From Lepidodermella squamata (taxonomy: Eukaryota; Animalia; Gastrotricha), in assembly GCA_047495785.1 (NCBI GenBank), contig JBLDXI010000032.1, positions 496,001-560,000 of the forward strand: a stretch of DNA of 64,000 bases, given 5' to 3'. Shown one piece after another: positions 24,235 through 36,373 of this stretch. The first letter of the stretch is position 1. Each line of letters starts with the position of its first letter. The notes below the pieces were generated by a model. The model saw only the letters and a program-made list of their open reading frames with translations. It made no database searches and was not told where the DNA came from. Position numbers and translations under genes: made by a program.

Positions 24235-26032
24235 TTATAGTCTGCGTTCAGGTTGTAGCATGATGCTACAATGTGGAGTCCTGAACGACGTGGGCTTCCA
24301 CCTAATAGGTAAATCGGTTTCGGGGGAAATTGTGAATTTGAAACCAAGGATTAGTTTTGCAAGGGCCATTTTAAGCTCTAGAACAGCCAATCGCATCCCA
24401 ATGCAATTCCTATTACCCGCGCCAAACGGAATGAACGCATTCTGTGTCAGGCTTTCCGCGTTTTCTGCGGAGAATCGCTCTGGAATGAATTTATCGACAT
24501 CAGTCCAGTAGTCAGGGTCATGGTGTACGGCATTAACAGGAATGATGACGAGGACCCCTTTTGGTATTCTTATACCATTGATAACAGTTTCAGTGGTGCA
24601 CATTCGATCCACTCTAAATAAATTTCGATCAATCAGGAAATAGTCGTGAAATTTAACGCAATGTTATACCTTAAGACAGGGGTGTAGTAGCGAAGCGTTT
24701 CATTTACGACCATGTCAAGATAGGCTACTTCATTCAAGGCATCTACCGTAAACTCCTTGCCATCTTCCCGGAAAGCTTTGTGCAATTCTTTATAGAGCTT
24801 CTCTTGAACGTGAGGATTTTCGCATAGTGCAAGCAAGGCCATAGTCAGCGTAGTCGCGGTTGATTCATAGCCAGCAAGGAAGAAGAGGACCGATTGTCCG
24901 ATTATTTCATCTCTTGTGAGACCATTTCGAAGCCAAATACCTCCGAGCTCGTCGTATTCAACAAATTCCTTGTTTTTCGGGTCTTTGGGATCTCTTTCGA
25001 GCGGTATCACCAGTGACAAGAAGTCATGACGCTGAGCTCCAACTACTGAATTTTTTCGCCTTTCAATTTCACCTTCAATTACGTCTTGGAAAAATTTGAA
25101 AATCTTAGCAACCATTGACCAGACTGGAAGAATTTTCAGCAACGCTTCCGTGAACCCAGGGAACAGGACTGTGAAAATTAACGTATTTCCTCTAGCAATT
25201 AAGTCTAGCATGGGAAAATATTACGTAGCGAGGCGATGAATGACCCTGTTAGTGGCACCACTGTGAACACTTTCTTCGCATTGGTAACGAAAGGGCTTTG
25301 CTGGTTGTTGAACGAATCTATATCCAATCCGAATGCTACAGATGCGACTGCATCCAGAGTATAAAACCCAGCGTATCTGATGCGATAGTTAACGCAAGTT
25401 GAATAATTGCACAAAAGAACGTGCATCTTACTCTTTAGCATCGAATGGCTTCGAAATTTGTGCCTGCTTTTCAACGTTCGCACAGAGCTGGTCAGCGACC
25501 TTTCGTATCAAAGGCTCCATTCTTCTCATATTAGCAGGGGTAAAGGCTGGCGTTAACTGCTGCCGTACGTGCTTCCATCGCCGGCCGGTCAGAGATGTTA
25601 ACTGAAGGTCCATTGGTCGTTTTCTCGATGCAAAGAACACCCTTCTATCAATGAAGTGGTCGTGATCTTTAATCATGACCTGTTTCAGCAAATCTGGATC
25701 TGCCATCATAATTACAGGCTGGCGTCCTTCAAAATAGCCGAAAACTTTTCCATGTTCTCGTATGAGGCCCATTTCAAGTTCAAACAAGTTTTCTTTCTGC
25801 ACGAGAATCGATTATTTTACACGGATTAGTGCGTTTTCAAATCCTCGCATACCTTTTCCATCCACAAAGCCCAGCCTCCTGTCCATCCTTTCCGAGGCAG
25901 CTCGTGAAGTCCGATCTCCTGAAAGATGTTCCTGTATTTCCTCACATATCGGTAGGCTGCCACAAAAGCCACAATGGCCGTGATCCCTGTTGCGGCCAAA
26001 ACGCCGCCCCAAGGCGTCGAGATAATTGCCAT
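24235..26032 (-). CDS. Cytochrome P450, clan 3 (CYP3A/CYP5-like), copy A
   Basis: WKHVR, I-helix FFLAGYESTATTL, ETLR, PERF, heme motif PFGAGNRNCIG. N-terminal anchor; about four short introns. Confidence 0.95.
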
Positions 26033-26937
26033 AGGTATTTACTTTTATCAGTAGCTATTTTATCCAGAATTGTGAAAGTCACAAAAGGAGTCCAATATAT
26101 AAGCTACGATAACTTGTGGCGGAACTGTTTGTGATAGCCTTATCAGGATGAATAACAGCCGGTATTCGTATTGCGGGAAAAATATGATGCAACATTTTTC
26201 CTAATATGGCATGCTTTTTTGTTATTGAGTGCATTTACCGAGTAGATGATTCACGCCACGCTTTTTCTGAAAGGTGAAATATTCTATCACTCTTGAGACC
26301 GGCGTTAAGAAGGCCGATAACTGTGCGCTGTGCGATAATATGATTAAATAAGTCCGTTGTTAGTGGTAAATTGTGTTCTCATTGTGACTCATCGCGGCCA
26401 TGTGCAGAATACCTTTCTGGCCCTGTCCTATGCCCTAGTTCATTCCAGTATCAATGATACATGGAAAATAGCAACACAGATATAATATGATTTTAATGAC
26501 GTATGGGGCGGTATGAGGCGGTCATAATGCACCCAATTCAATAAATTTCAAGAAGAAAATTGCATCGAAGCATTTGAGCATTGGGGTGACTGAACATTCC
26601 GTTAAGAAGGGTTCAGCAGAAGCTTCCCTGCAGCGCAATCATTAGGCTTTTATTATAATTTCAATCGTACTACAGTCATTACTTAGCGTTTTGATCTATG
26701 TAACAAAGCCACAACAAAGCAGAACGCACGTACACTGCCGTAAGAATTCGTCAAAGGGAAAACGAGGCGTCGTCAACGATTGTGTGGGCTGTTTCAAATT
26801 ACGAGGAAGCAGTTTTGAGTATACAAGGGATTCTATTATACCGTATTGTATATTGTAAGCCTTTTAATACTCACATCGAAACCTTATAGCTTATCTTTTG
26901 GACGTTTATTAGTCAGGTGCTTAAAGTCTTAATCGCG

Positions 26938-28129
26938 ATGGATTATGCCAACGCAACCATCATAGGCGATGCGTGGGTTTCAATGGCGAGTCCTCGCCGG
27001 GGGTATGCCGAACCCCGTCCCTTCTTTGTCGGCTGGTTTCATGATTTTGGTGCCGCGACCCTCGTCGAACGATTGGCCTTCCCTATAGCCTACCTTATCA
27101 TGACAATTTTAGTTATAATAACAAATACAGCTAATTTGATCATTTATCAAAAGCGCCAAGTACGTAAAGATTTCTTCGTTCTGACAGCTTGCCAGGCGGC
27201 ATCGTCCATTATTCACGCGGTTTTTGTTACAATAGGCGTATGGGTGCCTGCGTTATCGGGATTCTGGGATGCCCCTTTTGGGCTGTGTAAAGCTATTTGG
27301 TGGATTTCTTTAACATGCGGCATTCAGGGCACATGGATATTTGTCCTCATCAGTTACGAGCGGCGATTGTGCCTCCTTTCTAACAACTCCAACTCCTCAG
27401 CACAAACGCGTAAAGTAGTGTCTATCGCCCTTTTCATTCTCCTGGTAGGTGTAGTAATATGTGGCATTGTAACTGTAAATCCATTTGATGCCCTTACTGG
27501 TGAATATGCTATAATCCCGGGTATCAATAACGATGAACCGGTTCTTCTTTGCGGTATGTTTGATCACCGAATTTTCGGACGGTTCGACACGTCGTTGCTG
27601 AGCTTGGTTACGTTCACATCAATGGGAGTAATCATACCGAACCATCTGATAGCGCAAAACTACTGGTGAGCAATATATTTTCAGTAAAACGGAATTTTGA
27701 AATGCTCCTTTTCTTCATTTCAGGGTGGTTTTCAAACAGTTCCGACGGTATAGGACGGCAGTCACACCTGGCAACTTGACACCGAGCAATCACACGGCAG
27801 CCAGTAACACGGCACTGCCTGTTTCCACGGCACTGTTGGCCAATTGGCAAAGACGTGAAATATTCTATATGAAGCAGTCGATCGGTTTATTTACGGCGTT
27901 TTCAGTGTTCCATCTTCCAATGGTTTTCTGTTTTCTGTGCGGCGTCTTGTGGGACGGTAGCGGCCCTCATTACCTAACTTCAGCTACCCAAAAAACTAGT
28001 GTACTCCTATACGTGATCGAGACGGCTACCGCTCCGGTCGTGCAGTGTTTGCGACCAGGGTTTTGGAAAGCTTTCAAGAACTACTGGAACAGAATCGCGC
28101 GATGCAGGAAACAGGTGGATGCGTCATGA
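26938..28129 (+). CDS. Orphan rhodopsin-like (class A) GPCR
   Basis: Seven hydrophobic segments, N-terminal N-A-T sequon, TM3 Cys (LCKAI) and ISYERR (DRY-like), TM6 FHLP, TM7 TAPVV. One intron ~27666-27723. Confidence 0.8.
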
Positions 28130-28380
28130 TGTTTTCGATCGAGCGTTTCCTCCTAAGAGATAGTGGGAATGCTCCATGTCTGAATTCTTCCTGAATGCTT
28201 CAGGTTGCATCAAATTCATAAAGCCATGGACATGTGATGTGAAGCACAACAATTCTATTTTCTTTCCGTTAAGCTGAAGCTTTCCTGCAGCAAATTGCAT
28301 TCTTTATTCAGTTGTTCGCAAAGTCATAAGAATCAATTTGCCATGTTGAATTAATAGTCGCATACTATATTTTAAGTACC

Positions 28381-31206
28381 TCATCTGCGCACAGCTTCAA
28401 CGTAAATAGGATTTTCCGCAAATCGCAAATCACTCGGGGCCCATTTGATCGGTTGCTATGATTGAATGGCATTCTCAGTTTCACCAAAAAGAAGAAATTC
28501 AAGTTACCTGTGTTTTCGAAGACAGCGTGAACTCATAATGTAGAATCAAACTCGCGATGAGGAATTTCATCTCCAGTTGAGCCAGCCGCATTCCAATGCA
28601 ATTTCGATTACCCGCCCCAAAAGGTAGATAAGAAAACGGAACTATCCGATCGCGATTTTCGTCAGAGAATCTTTCGGGATCGAACTTTTCCGGCTCAGGC
28701 CACAAATCGGGGTCGTGATGAACCGCGTGAACTGGGATACTAATGCAGACATCTTTCGGGATATGGAGACCATTGACTGTTGTATCCGACGTACACATTC
28801 GATTAACTCTGTAAAACAAATTAGTTTCGGAATTTAAATTTCAGAAATACAGTATGGGGCATAAATATTGAGCCGACTTTATTTATTGACAGCGCGGTCA
28901 TTTCGGCTCCGATTCGCACATACCTTATACCGTTGGAAAGCCAATGAAAAATAGTTCATTCCCCTAAACTTTTGCTCATGGGATCCAGACCTAATCCAAG
29001 TTATAGAAAGTTTAAGAAGTCGAGCTGATCGCACAAAAATCGCCATCTTTCGAAAATTTAAATTCTAGTTTTCGTACATATCAAAGGCAAACTCTGGAAG
29101 CTCCCAAACCCTACAAAATTGACACATCACTACCCCGGCATGGTCCAGGCATCTCTGGCAATGATTTGGGACATTGATATGTGCCCCATTGCGACACGAT
29201 GATGCGATAAAGAGAGGGTATACCATATAGGCACACACCCCCAATATTAGCCAAATAAGCGAGACCCCAGTCCAGAGATAAAGGGCAGATGGATCATTTT
29301 TCGCTCAGAGGGTTAGAAGTCGGCTTCAAAACGTTAATGCGACGACTTTGGCATGAAATATAGCCTACGAACACACGTAGCAAGCTCGCAAGCAAGTGAA
29401 AAAGCTAAAGCTTGTCATCCGTAGCATGCTTGCGCAAGTCTCTTTTGCCACAGAATGTGGCGGATAATGACCTTTTCCGTCAGATTCATGGGTATTTGGG
29501 TCATTTTATAGCTAGCCTAGTTGAAATAGGGACCTTTTAGAGCTCAATGGAGCTCAAAACTCCCTTAGTTATACAATAAATTTACGTGTTTTTGAGCAAC
29601 CAGCTCGACTTCTTGAATTTTCTATAACTTGGATTAGGTCTGGATCCCATGAGCGAAGGTTTAGGGGAATGAACTATTTTTCATTGGCTTTCCAACGGTA
29701 TAAGGTATGTGAGAATCGGAGCCGAAATGACCGCGCTGTCAATAAATAAAGTCGGCTCAATATTTATGCCCCATACTGTAGTAGAATCTCAAACCTCAAA
29801 AATGGGGTGTAATATCTTAATGTTTCACTGATAACCATTTCGAGATACTTCAGCTCCATGAGAGTCTCCATAGTCATCTCTTTACCGCCATCGACGAATG
29901 CCGCTTTCAACTCTTGGTATAGCTTGGTCTGGACATCAGGAAATTGGGACAGGGCAAGCAAAATCATCGTAATAGTATTCGCAGTTGTTTCATAACCAGC
30001 CAAAAAGAAAAGAACGGATTGACCAACAATTTCATCTCGCGTTATGCCTTCTCGGAGCCAAACACCACCGAACTCATCGATTTCTCGAAGATGGGCATTA
30101 GCAGGATCTTTCGGGTCTTTTTCGCTAGGCATTACCACAGCTAAGAAATCAGACCTATTGATATTGCCTTCATTCTTCTGCCGTCTATCCAACTCTTCGT
30201 TGACTACTCGTTCGAAAAAACCCATGATGGTATTCCATTTCTCATTTTGAGGCATGTTTCTTAATAGCCAGCCAGCAAGGTCCGGGAAAGTGACTGATTA
30301 AGTTCAATAATAGAAGATTGGAACATCTAATTCTCATTTAGACTTACAAGCAAGAGCGATGAATGTCCCAGTGATGGTGATTGTAGCGAATGCGGTTCGA
30401 GCTCCGCTAACGAAGGGATTATCGGGGTTATTCAAGGAGTCCAAATCCATAGCAAACGCGACCGAACCAATAACTATTAGGGCACTGCTAATAACTGTCA
30501 AGTTTGTGCTTAAAAGCATTACTGTCGATGGTGTAGCAACCAGCGTATTTCTTAACATCCATAGGCTCTTTCGAATCAGCTGCCTTACCCACGTTAACCA
30601 CAAAGCGGTCAACAATTGTCTTGATGAGTGGTTCCATTTTTCGCATATTGGCAGGCGTGAATGCGGGGGAGATAGTTTGCCGCACGTGCTTCCATCGCTG
30701 GCCGGTAAGGGTGATAAGGCCAAGATGAACCGGCCTGTCTCGTGATACGAACAGCATCTAGATTAACATTATATTTTAAAAAATATTTTCAAACACCCTA
30801 AAAATTACCCTACGATCAATGAAACTTTCATGATACTTCAACATGATTTGCTTCAACATTTCAGGATCAGCCATCGTGATGACCGGCTGGCGCCCTTCGA
30901 AGTAACCGAATACTTTGCCATGCTCTCGAATCAGCTGGCATTCCAGGTCAAACAGGTCTGTTTTCTGGAGCATAGAAAGTAGTGAATTAATTGCGGCAAA
31001 GCTCATAAACTCACAGAATTCTTGTAAAGGTCCCAGCTTCCGATGAATGTCTTCGGCGGTATCTCATGCAGACCCATTTCCTTGAATACACTGCGATACT
31101 TGTGGACGTATCGGTAGGCCTTGATGAATGTCAGAATCGCTGCGATAGCACTACCACCGACAATAATTCCGAGAATCTTGAAGATCGGGCGCGAGAAAAT
31201 TGTCAT
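28381..31206 (-). CDS. Cytochrome P450, clan 3, copy B (transposon in an intron)
   Basis: WKHVR, FFLAGYETTANT, ETLR, DPERF, PFGAGNRNCIG. Close paralog of copy A (shared LIREHGKVFGYFEGRQPVI). Confidence 0.94.
28850..29778. mobile_element. Non-autonomous Tc1/mariner-type DNA transposon (MITE-like), 929 bp
   Basis: ~190-bp near-perfect terminal inverted repeats starting CAGTATGGGGCATAAATATTGAGCCGAC, flanked by TA at 28848-28849 and 29779-29780. No internal ORF. Confidence 0.95.
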
Positions 31207-31506
31207 TTTAAAGACCTTATAGAGATCAAAAATTACAATGAGGTTTTGAAGAAAATCTCACGATATATAGCCGCAGCCCACAGAGCCAGCTCTATCTGAC
31301 CTCTCCTTATCTTATCCTAGAATAATACTGTACAAGCTTATCGCCTAATCTTTTCGCTAAAAGTAGAATATCTAGAGCAGAATACTTTTTTTTCCACACG
31401 GAACTGGAATAATTGCTCTAGGGGATGAGTAAACAAAACACAATTTATCGTAAAGATAATATAGGGCGCTTTGTTTGATTCCATTGCGTCAGCTAACTCG
31501 ACACCG

Positions 31507-31516
31507 GTGAGTCAGC
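31507..31516. promoter_or_regulatory. Candidate AP-1/antioxidant-response (Nrf2/CncC-Maf) element upstream of P450 copy B
   Basis: GTGAGTCAGC matches RTGA(C/G)nnnGC about 300 bp upstream of the ATG, amid several GATA (GATAA/TTATC) sites. Short motif; could be chance. Confidence 0.3.
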
Positions 31517-32373
31517 TGCTCTTTGATAAAGTCTTGAAGAGTATTCCTCAGATCGTCTTATTTACTACGAAATTTAAACTCTAGTGTCGTTGATTTCGAA
31601 ATTGCGAAGTGTCGCCAGCGATACTGAAGATAAGAATAAGATGTTTGGCTAGGAGCGAAGCCTCATGATGCAACAACTTTATGAATGAATAAAAGAAGGA
31701 AATTTTTTTCACATATTGTGAGCGCGTGCGTAACTGCACATCTGGTTCCTCTGCGCTATGTTCTAATAATTTTAAACCGGGTGAGACTTTTTTCATCAGA
31801 CATATGTCTTGAAATATTATCATCCGACGACCTAAAATGTGGCTTAAAAAACCGACAGCAATTGCTATTCGAACCCAAGTTTTCACTGAATTTTCGCAAA
31901 TTAAGGAAATTTAAGAGGGACTCGGCGGTCGTGGTATCGAAAAATAGTGAAGTAGATATCGATGCCGGCAAAGGGTCATAGGGTTGGGATTATGTTTGAG
32001 CTAGAAAAAACCATTCAAAGTCAGGCCTTCGAACACTAAGGAATCCATTTTACGTCACAGGACGTCATTTTGGTGTCCAGATTCTTTCAGTTTTAATTTC
32101 CTTAATTCGCTTTCATGATAATTTCATGATACTTATTTCGGATCTATTCGGATCTATAATATCGCGGCTCTTTTTTTCTTTGCACAATTTTTGGCAGGTT
32201 GCTATACGGCCGCACGGAAAATCCAAGATTTCTGAATGCAGGAATTTATTCAAAATCATATTAGTAAATCACAAAAAAATCATCAGTGGCTTTGCAACAA
32301 GTAGTTATGATTTTATATGATCCATTGTGATTGGGGTGATTTCAGAGTTCATTCGACATCCAAGCCTCACTGT

Positions 32374-33513
32374 CTATTTCTTGCAGCAAGAACCGCCCGG
32401 GCATTTGCACTCGCCAGGCTTGCAGTTGCAAGAAGTACACTTCCCGCTGGCGTCTTTTTTGCAACAAGGCCCATCGGGACATTTGCAGGTGTCAGGAGAG
32501 CAGCCGTCACAGCACTGCTTCTTGCAACACGAACCATCGGAACACTTACATTCACCAGGGGCACAAGAGCACTTGCCACATTTACCAGTTCCTTGCTTCT
32601 TGCAACAAGAATCAGCCGGGCACTTGCACTCCCCTGGTGGGCAGTCTTTGCAACACTCCTTCTTGCAGCACGACCCCTTGGAGCATTTACATTCGCCAGG
32701 CGGGCAGTTGCATTTTCCACACTTGCCATGGCCTTCTTTCTTGCAGCAGGATTTTCCAGGACACTTGCATTGACCAGCGGGGCAGTTGCATTTACCGCAT
32801 TTGCCTCCATTCTTGCAGCACGACTCGGGCGGGCATTTACATTCACCAGGTGGGCAATCCTTGCAACAATCAGCTTTGCAACACGAACCCTTGGAGCATT
32901 TACATTCGCCAGGCGGGCAGTTGCATTTTCCACACTTGCCATGGTCTTCCTTCTTGCAGCACGAATCAGCCGGACATTTGCATTCCCCAGGTGGGCATCC
33001 TTTGCAACAGTCCTTCTTGCAGCACGACCCCTTGGAGCATTTACACTCGCCGGGCGGGCAGTTGCATTTTCCACACTTGCCATGGCCTTCCTTCTTGCAG
33101 CACGAATCAGCCGGACATTTGCATTCACCGGGTGGGCAACCCTTGCAGCAGTCCTTCTTGCAGCATGAATTCGCAGGGCATTTACATTCCCCAGGTGGGC
33201 AGTTGCACTTTCCACATTTACCCTTCTTGCAGCAGGATTCAGGTGGGCACTTGCATTCGCCGGGCGGGCAGTCTTTGCAGCAATCGTTGTGGCAACCAGA
33301 TTCGTGTTTGCACTTGCAGTCACATGGCTTGCAGTTCTTGCAGCAATCTGTTCTGCAGCACGAATTGGCTGGGCATTTGCATTCGCCAGGCTTGCAGTTA
33401 CATTTGCCACATTCGTGATTGGCGTTTCCCTTGCAGCAAGAGCCTTCGGGACATTTGCATTGGCCATCTTGGCAACCATTCTTGCAACATTGCTTTTCGT
33501 TGTTTCCAGACAT
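32374..33513 (-). CDS. Giant multi-module metallothionein-like protein (379 aa, 112 Cys)
   Basis: Intronless ATG-to-TAG ORF with ~30% Cys in CC, CxC and CxxC motifs. Rich in Lys/Gly/Pro, with no aromatic residues and no signal peptide; 16 seven-Cys repeats. Confidence 0.85.
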   Translation of the reverse strand: MSGNNEKQCCKNGCQDGQCKCPEGSCCKGNANHECGKCNCKPGECKCPANSCCRTDCCKNCKPCDCKCKHESGCHNDCCKDCPPGECKCPPESCCKKGKCGKCNCPPGECKCPANSCCKKDCCKGCPPGECKCPADSCCKKEGHGKCGKCNCPPGECKCSKGSCCKKDCCKGCPPGECKCPADSCCKKEDHGKCGKCNCPPGECKCSKGSCCKADCCKDCPPGECKCPPESCCKNGGKCGKCNCPAGQCKCPGKSCCKKEGHGKCGKCNCPPGECKCSKGSCCKKECCKDCPPGECKCPADSCCKKQGTGKCGKCSCAPGECKCSDGSCCKKQCCDGCSPDTCKCPDGPCCKKDASGKCTSCNCKPGECKCPGGSCCKK

Positions 33514-33978
33514 TTCAGAGCGATTGAATACTTTAATTCAGGACAATGAAAATTAGGTGAGTGATATAATGCTATTGTTTTGACTGTTCTTATGGGGTGT
33601 CAGAAGGTTTTATCGTTCTCGAACATTCTTAGAACATACGTGGGTGGGTTGATAAAACGACGCCTGTCATTGTTTACTCCCAAAGGTTAATGCTCAAAAT
33701 AGCGCCGCAAACTCGGTTTATTCGCTTCACAGAGTTTGTTTATGCCCGTATTAATCGGTGTGGCTTGAGTCTGTAAACGACACGACGTTCAGCTGTCTAA
33801 TCTCTTGCTGAAACTGTCTGCTGATACCATTTTTTGAAAACATGCCACAGGCACCTGGTTAAGACTAGCAAATGAGAACAAGAAAAAGTGTTTATGCACG
33901 CTGAATTTATTGCAGGAGATGAATCCTTGATGAATCAGACTTCAAAATGTTCATTTATGAGCCTATTTCCGCCCATTT

Positions 33979-36373
33979 TCATGCAGCATTGCTAGCTGTG
34001 CGCGATTTCGGCTGCGCAAAGCCGACTTTTTTCCCTAACGATGGTGCCGCTAAAATAATGGATGTGAGTACTGAACTCAACATCAGAGTGATGCTTATTG
34101 TCCCATTCTGCGCCGAAGGATGGTTGTCGAATCCGAACAGAAGCAAAACAGCAGCGGCGAATAATGTTAAAAAGTTAAACTGCACTCTTCGCATCGGATT
34201 CATCTCAGGTATCAAAACATCGACTCTTTTGATGCCGGAAATTGCCTTCAGGGAAAAAGCTATCACTGATCCGATGACAAGCATAATCAGGTGAACGGCG
34301 ACTAATGTCCCCAACCACGCGGAAAAAGCATCAGAACTACATGAACCTTCTACAACGGCCACAAACAGGTCTTTATCACTGTCATAAAAGCTGGAAACGT
34401 TGCGAAAATGTAATTTGAGAGGGTCGCTTAAGAACCATATCGTCAGAAACGCGATGTTTGCGAATGTGAATAAGAGTGCACTTTGTGAACTTCTCTTGTC
34501 TTGAAGAGTTTGAATTTGCTCGGGGTACATCTTTTTCAGCCTAATTGATTTCTGCCGTTGCACCTCCGCACTGTTAATGACAAAAATGTCACTCGTCGCT
34601 GGCGTGAATACTTCACGCTGAAACAAATACGAGCGATTTGATAGATAAACTTTGAAATACAACCATAATCTGGTGCAGACAGAGCCGTGGGCGAGGGTTA
34701 AGCCTACGACGGTAAAGATGATTTTGACGTAGCACAACCGTAAATTCAGAGGATTGCTGAGATCTGTTAAGCTGACAAGACCGATTGCGAACGTTGTTGC
34801 TCCTCCATCCATTAGTAAACAAGCGAGCAAAAGGACGATTTGACTGCGCCGTAGAATCTGTTGTTTAAAATATTTTCTAACCAAATAAAAAAAGTCTCGA
34901 AATGTGACCGAAAGCCGAGAGAGCGGAAATGGCGTAAACTGAGATTGAAAGGTCGTCAGTCACATCTTTAGCAATCCTTGTGAATCGGGGCATGTCTGAC
35001 GGGACTTTCTGACCAGGCCACTCGATCTGAGTAATACTCGAAAAGGAATACATCGAGAGATTAGCCGGCTCACCGGCATTAATTTTCCCATTCAGAATCA
35101 GTGCATTCGTCAAATGAGACCAAGTTATAACCAATGTGGGGTAGCCATCCATTTCGAGTCGTTCGGAATATTTCTCGTATCCAACCCGAAGATCGCGGAA
35201 CTCAAGTTCTGCGGTGCTTTGGTTCGCGATTCGGCTCACAAGATTTGGTTGGTCGGCGTAGTCAGATAGCGTCATATTCCTCGAGATTAGGTTCATTTCA
35301 GTCTGATGTAAGGCCATCGTGGCTTGCATTACCACATCATGGCAGGGCAGCCTTCGCGGAAAGTCGGGACTATTTGGGTACATATCGTTAGTGAATTTGG
35401 CGTAGAGTTGCTCGAACCCGTCTCTATCGTAACCAAGAGAGGTATTCCCATTGTTTTCTAACAAAACGGATTGGCCGCCGATGAAAACTGAATACTTCAT
35501 TTGCTCCAATATTATGTTTCTGGTGCAGTTCTTCTTCGGATTGGTGAATGACGGTAACATGGCAGGGTCAGTGAACGTTCCGAGATAAGTGACAAAAACG
35601 TACTTAGATCCAGTCACCCCAAAGTTGAATGCTGCGCAGTAGAACTCGGTGATAGAAAACCAACGCGCTAGCACGACCATGATAATGCGAGCGTTGCTTC
35701 TTCTCAGAGATATCATCATTTCATCGGGGACATCGTTTTCGAAAGCATCTGACCAGCGAATAGCCAGTTTGTGCTTAAAAGTACCTTCGTAGAAACTTTT
35801 TGCCAACTGAAAGTCCAGGGATCGAGTTGAGGTTAGAAGTCCAACGCTTCTCCATCCCATTATGTACTTGATAAAGTAAATCCATGAGCTATGAACGATT
35901 TCTCCTGGAATTTGTTGGCGATACAAGTTAGGGGCAGCTGCTCGATTCGCAGTGAAGATTGGCGAAGCACACCCGGCTGTTACAGCTACCATATTCAATG
36001 GGGCCAAAGTCGCGGCGTACGGCAGGCAACTAGCCGATGAGCTCGGACCGATGGTTATCGGAGACTGATAGATTGTCTTGTTTTCGCTGTTTTCAAACCA
36101 TCGAATGTAGTTTATCAAGCGACTGGTTGCTAGATTTGAGTTCATGGTTTCATCTTGTATGTCAAGAACCAGGTGATAGTTTGGCAATATATCTTTCCTT
36201 GAATTAGCAACTTTAACAACGAATTCCATAGCAGCGGCACAGGCTTTCCCATCCTGAGGTTCATTACCGGTGAAGCCGACTAGAGCTAAGACAGATAACG
36301 TCTTGTTCTTTCGAGCCTGACCTGTAATCGGCGACAGAGCAGATATGGTGAGAATCAGAATGATGATGTTCAT
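33979..36373 (-). CDS. GABA-B-like class C GPCR no.1 (frameshifted at a T7 run: pseudogene or sequencing error)
   Basis: Signal peptide plus Venus flytrap domain (DILPNYHL, PNLYR) in the 523-aa ORF, and TM2-7 in the 301-aa ORF. The frames join if one base is removed from the A-run at 34887-34893. Confidence 0.85.

Noticed and set aside
24235-31206. Calling the P450s thromboxane synthase (TBXAS1) or CYP3A orthologs
   Set aside because: Only clan-3 membership is supportable by eye, and the I-helix hydroxyl residue is retained, unlike TBXAS1.
32317-33527. Several long overlapping ORFs (283, 370, 296, 210 and 148 aa) in other frames and strands over the Cys-rich gene
   Set aside because: By-products of a repetitive, codon-restricted sequence. 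Only the Cys frame has a proper ATG and a conserved motif with synonymous-type variation.
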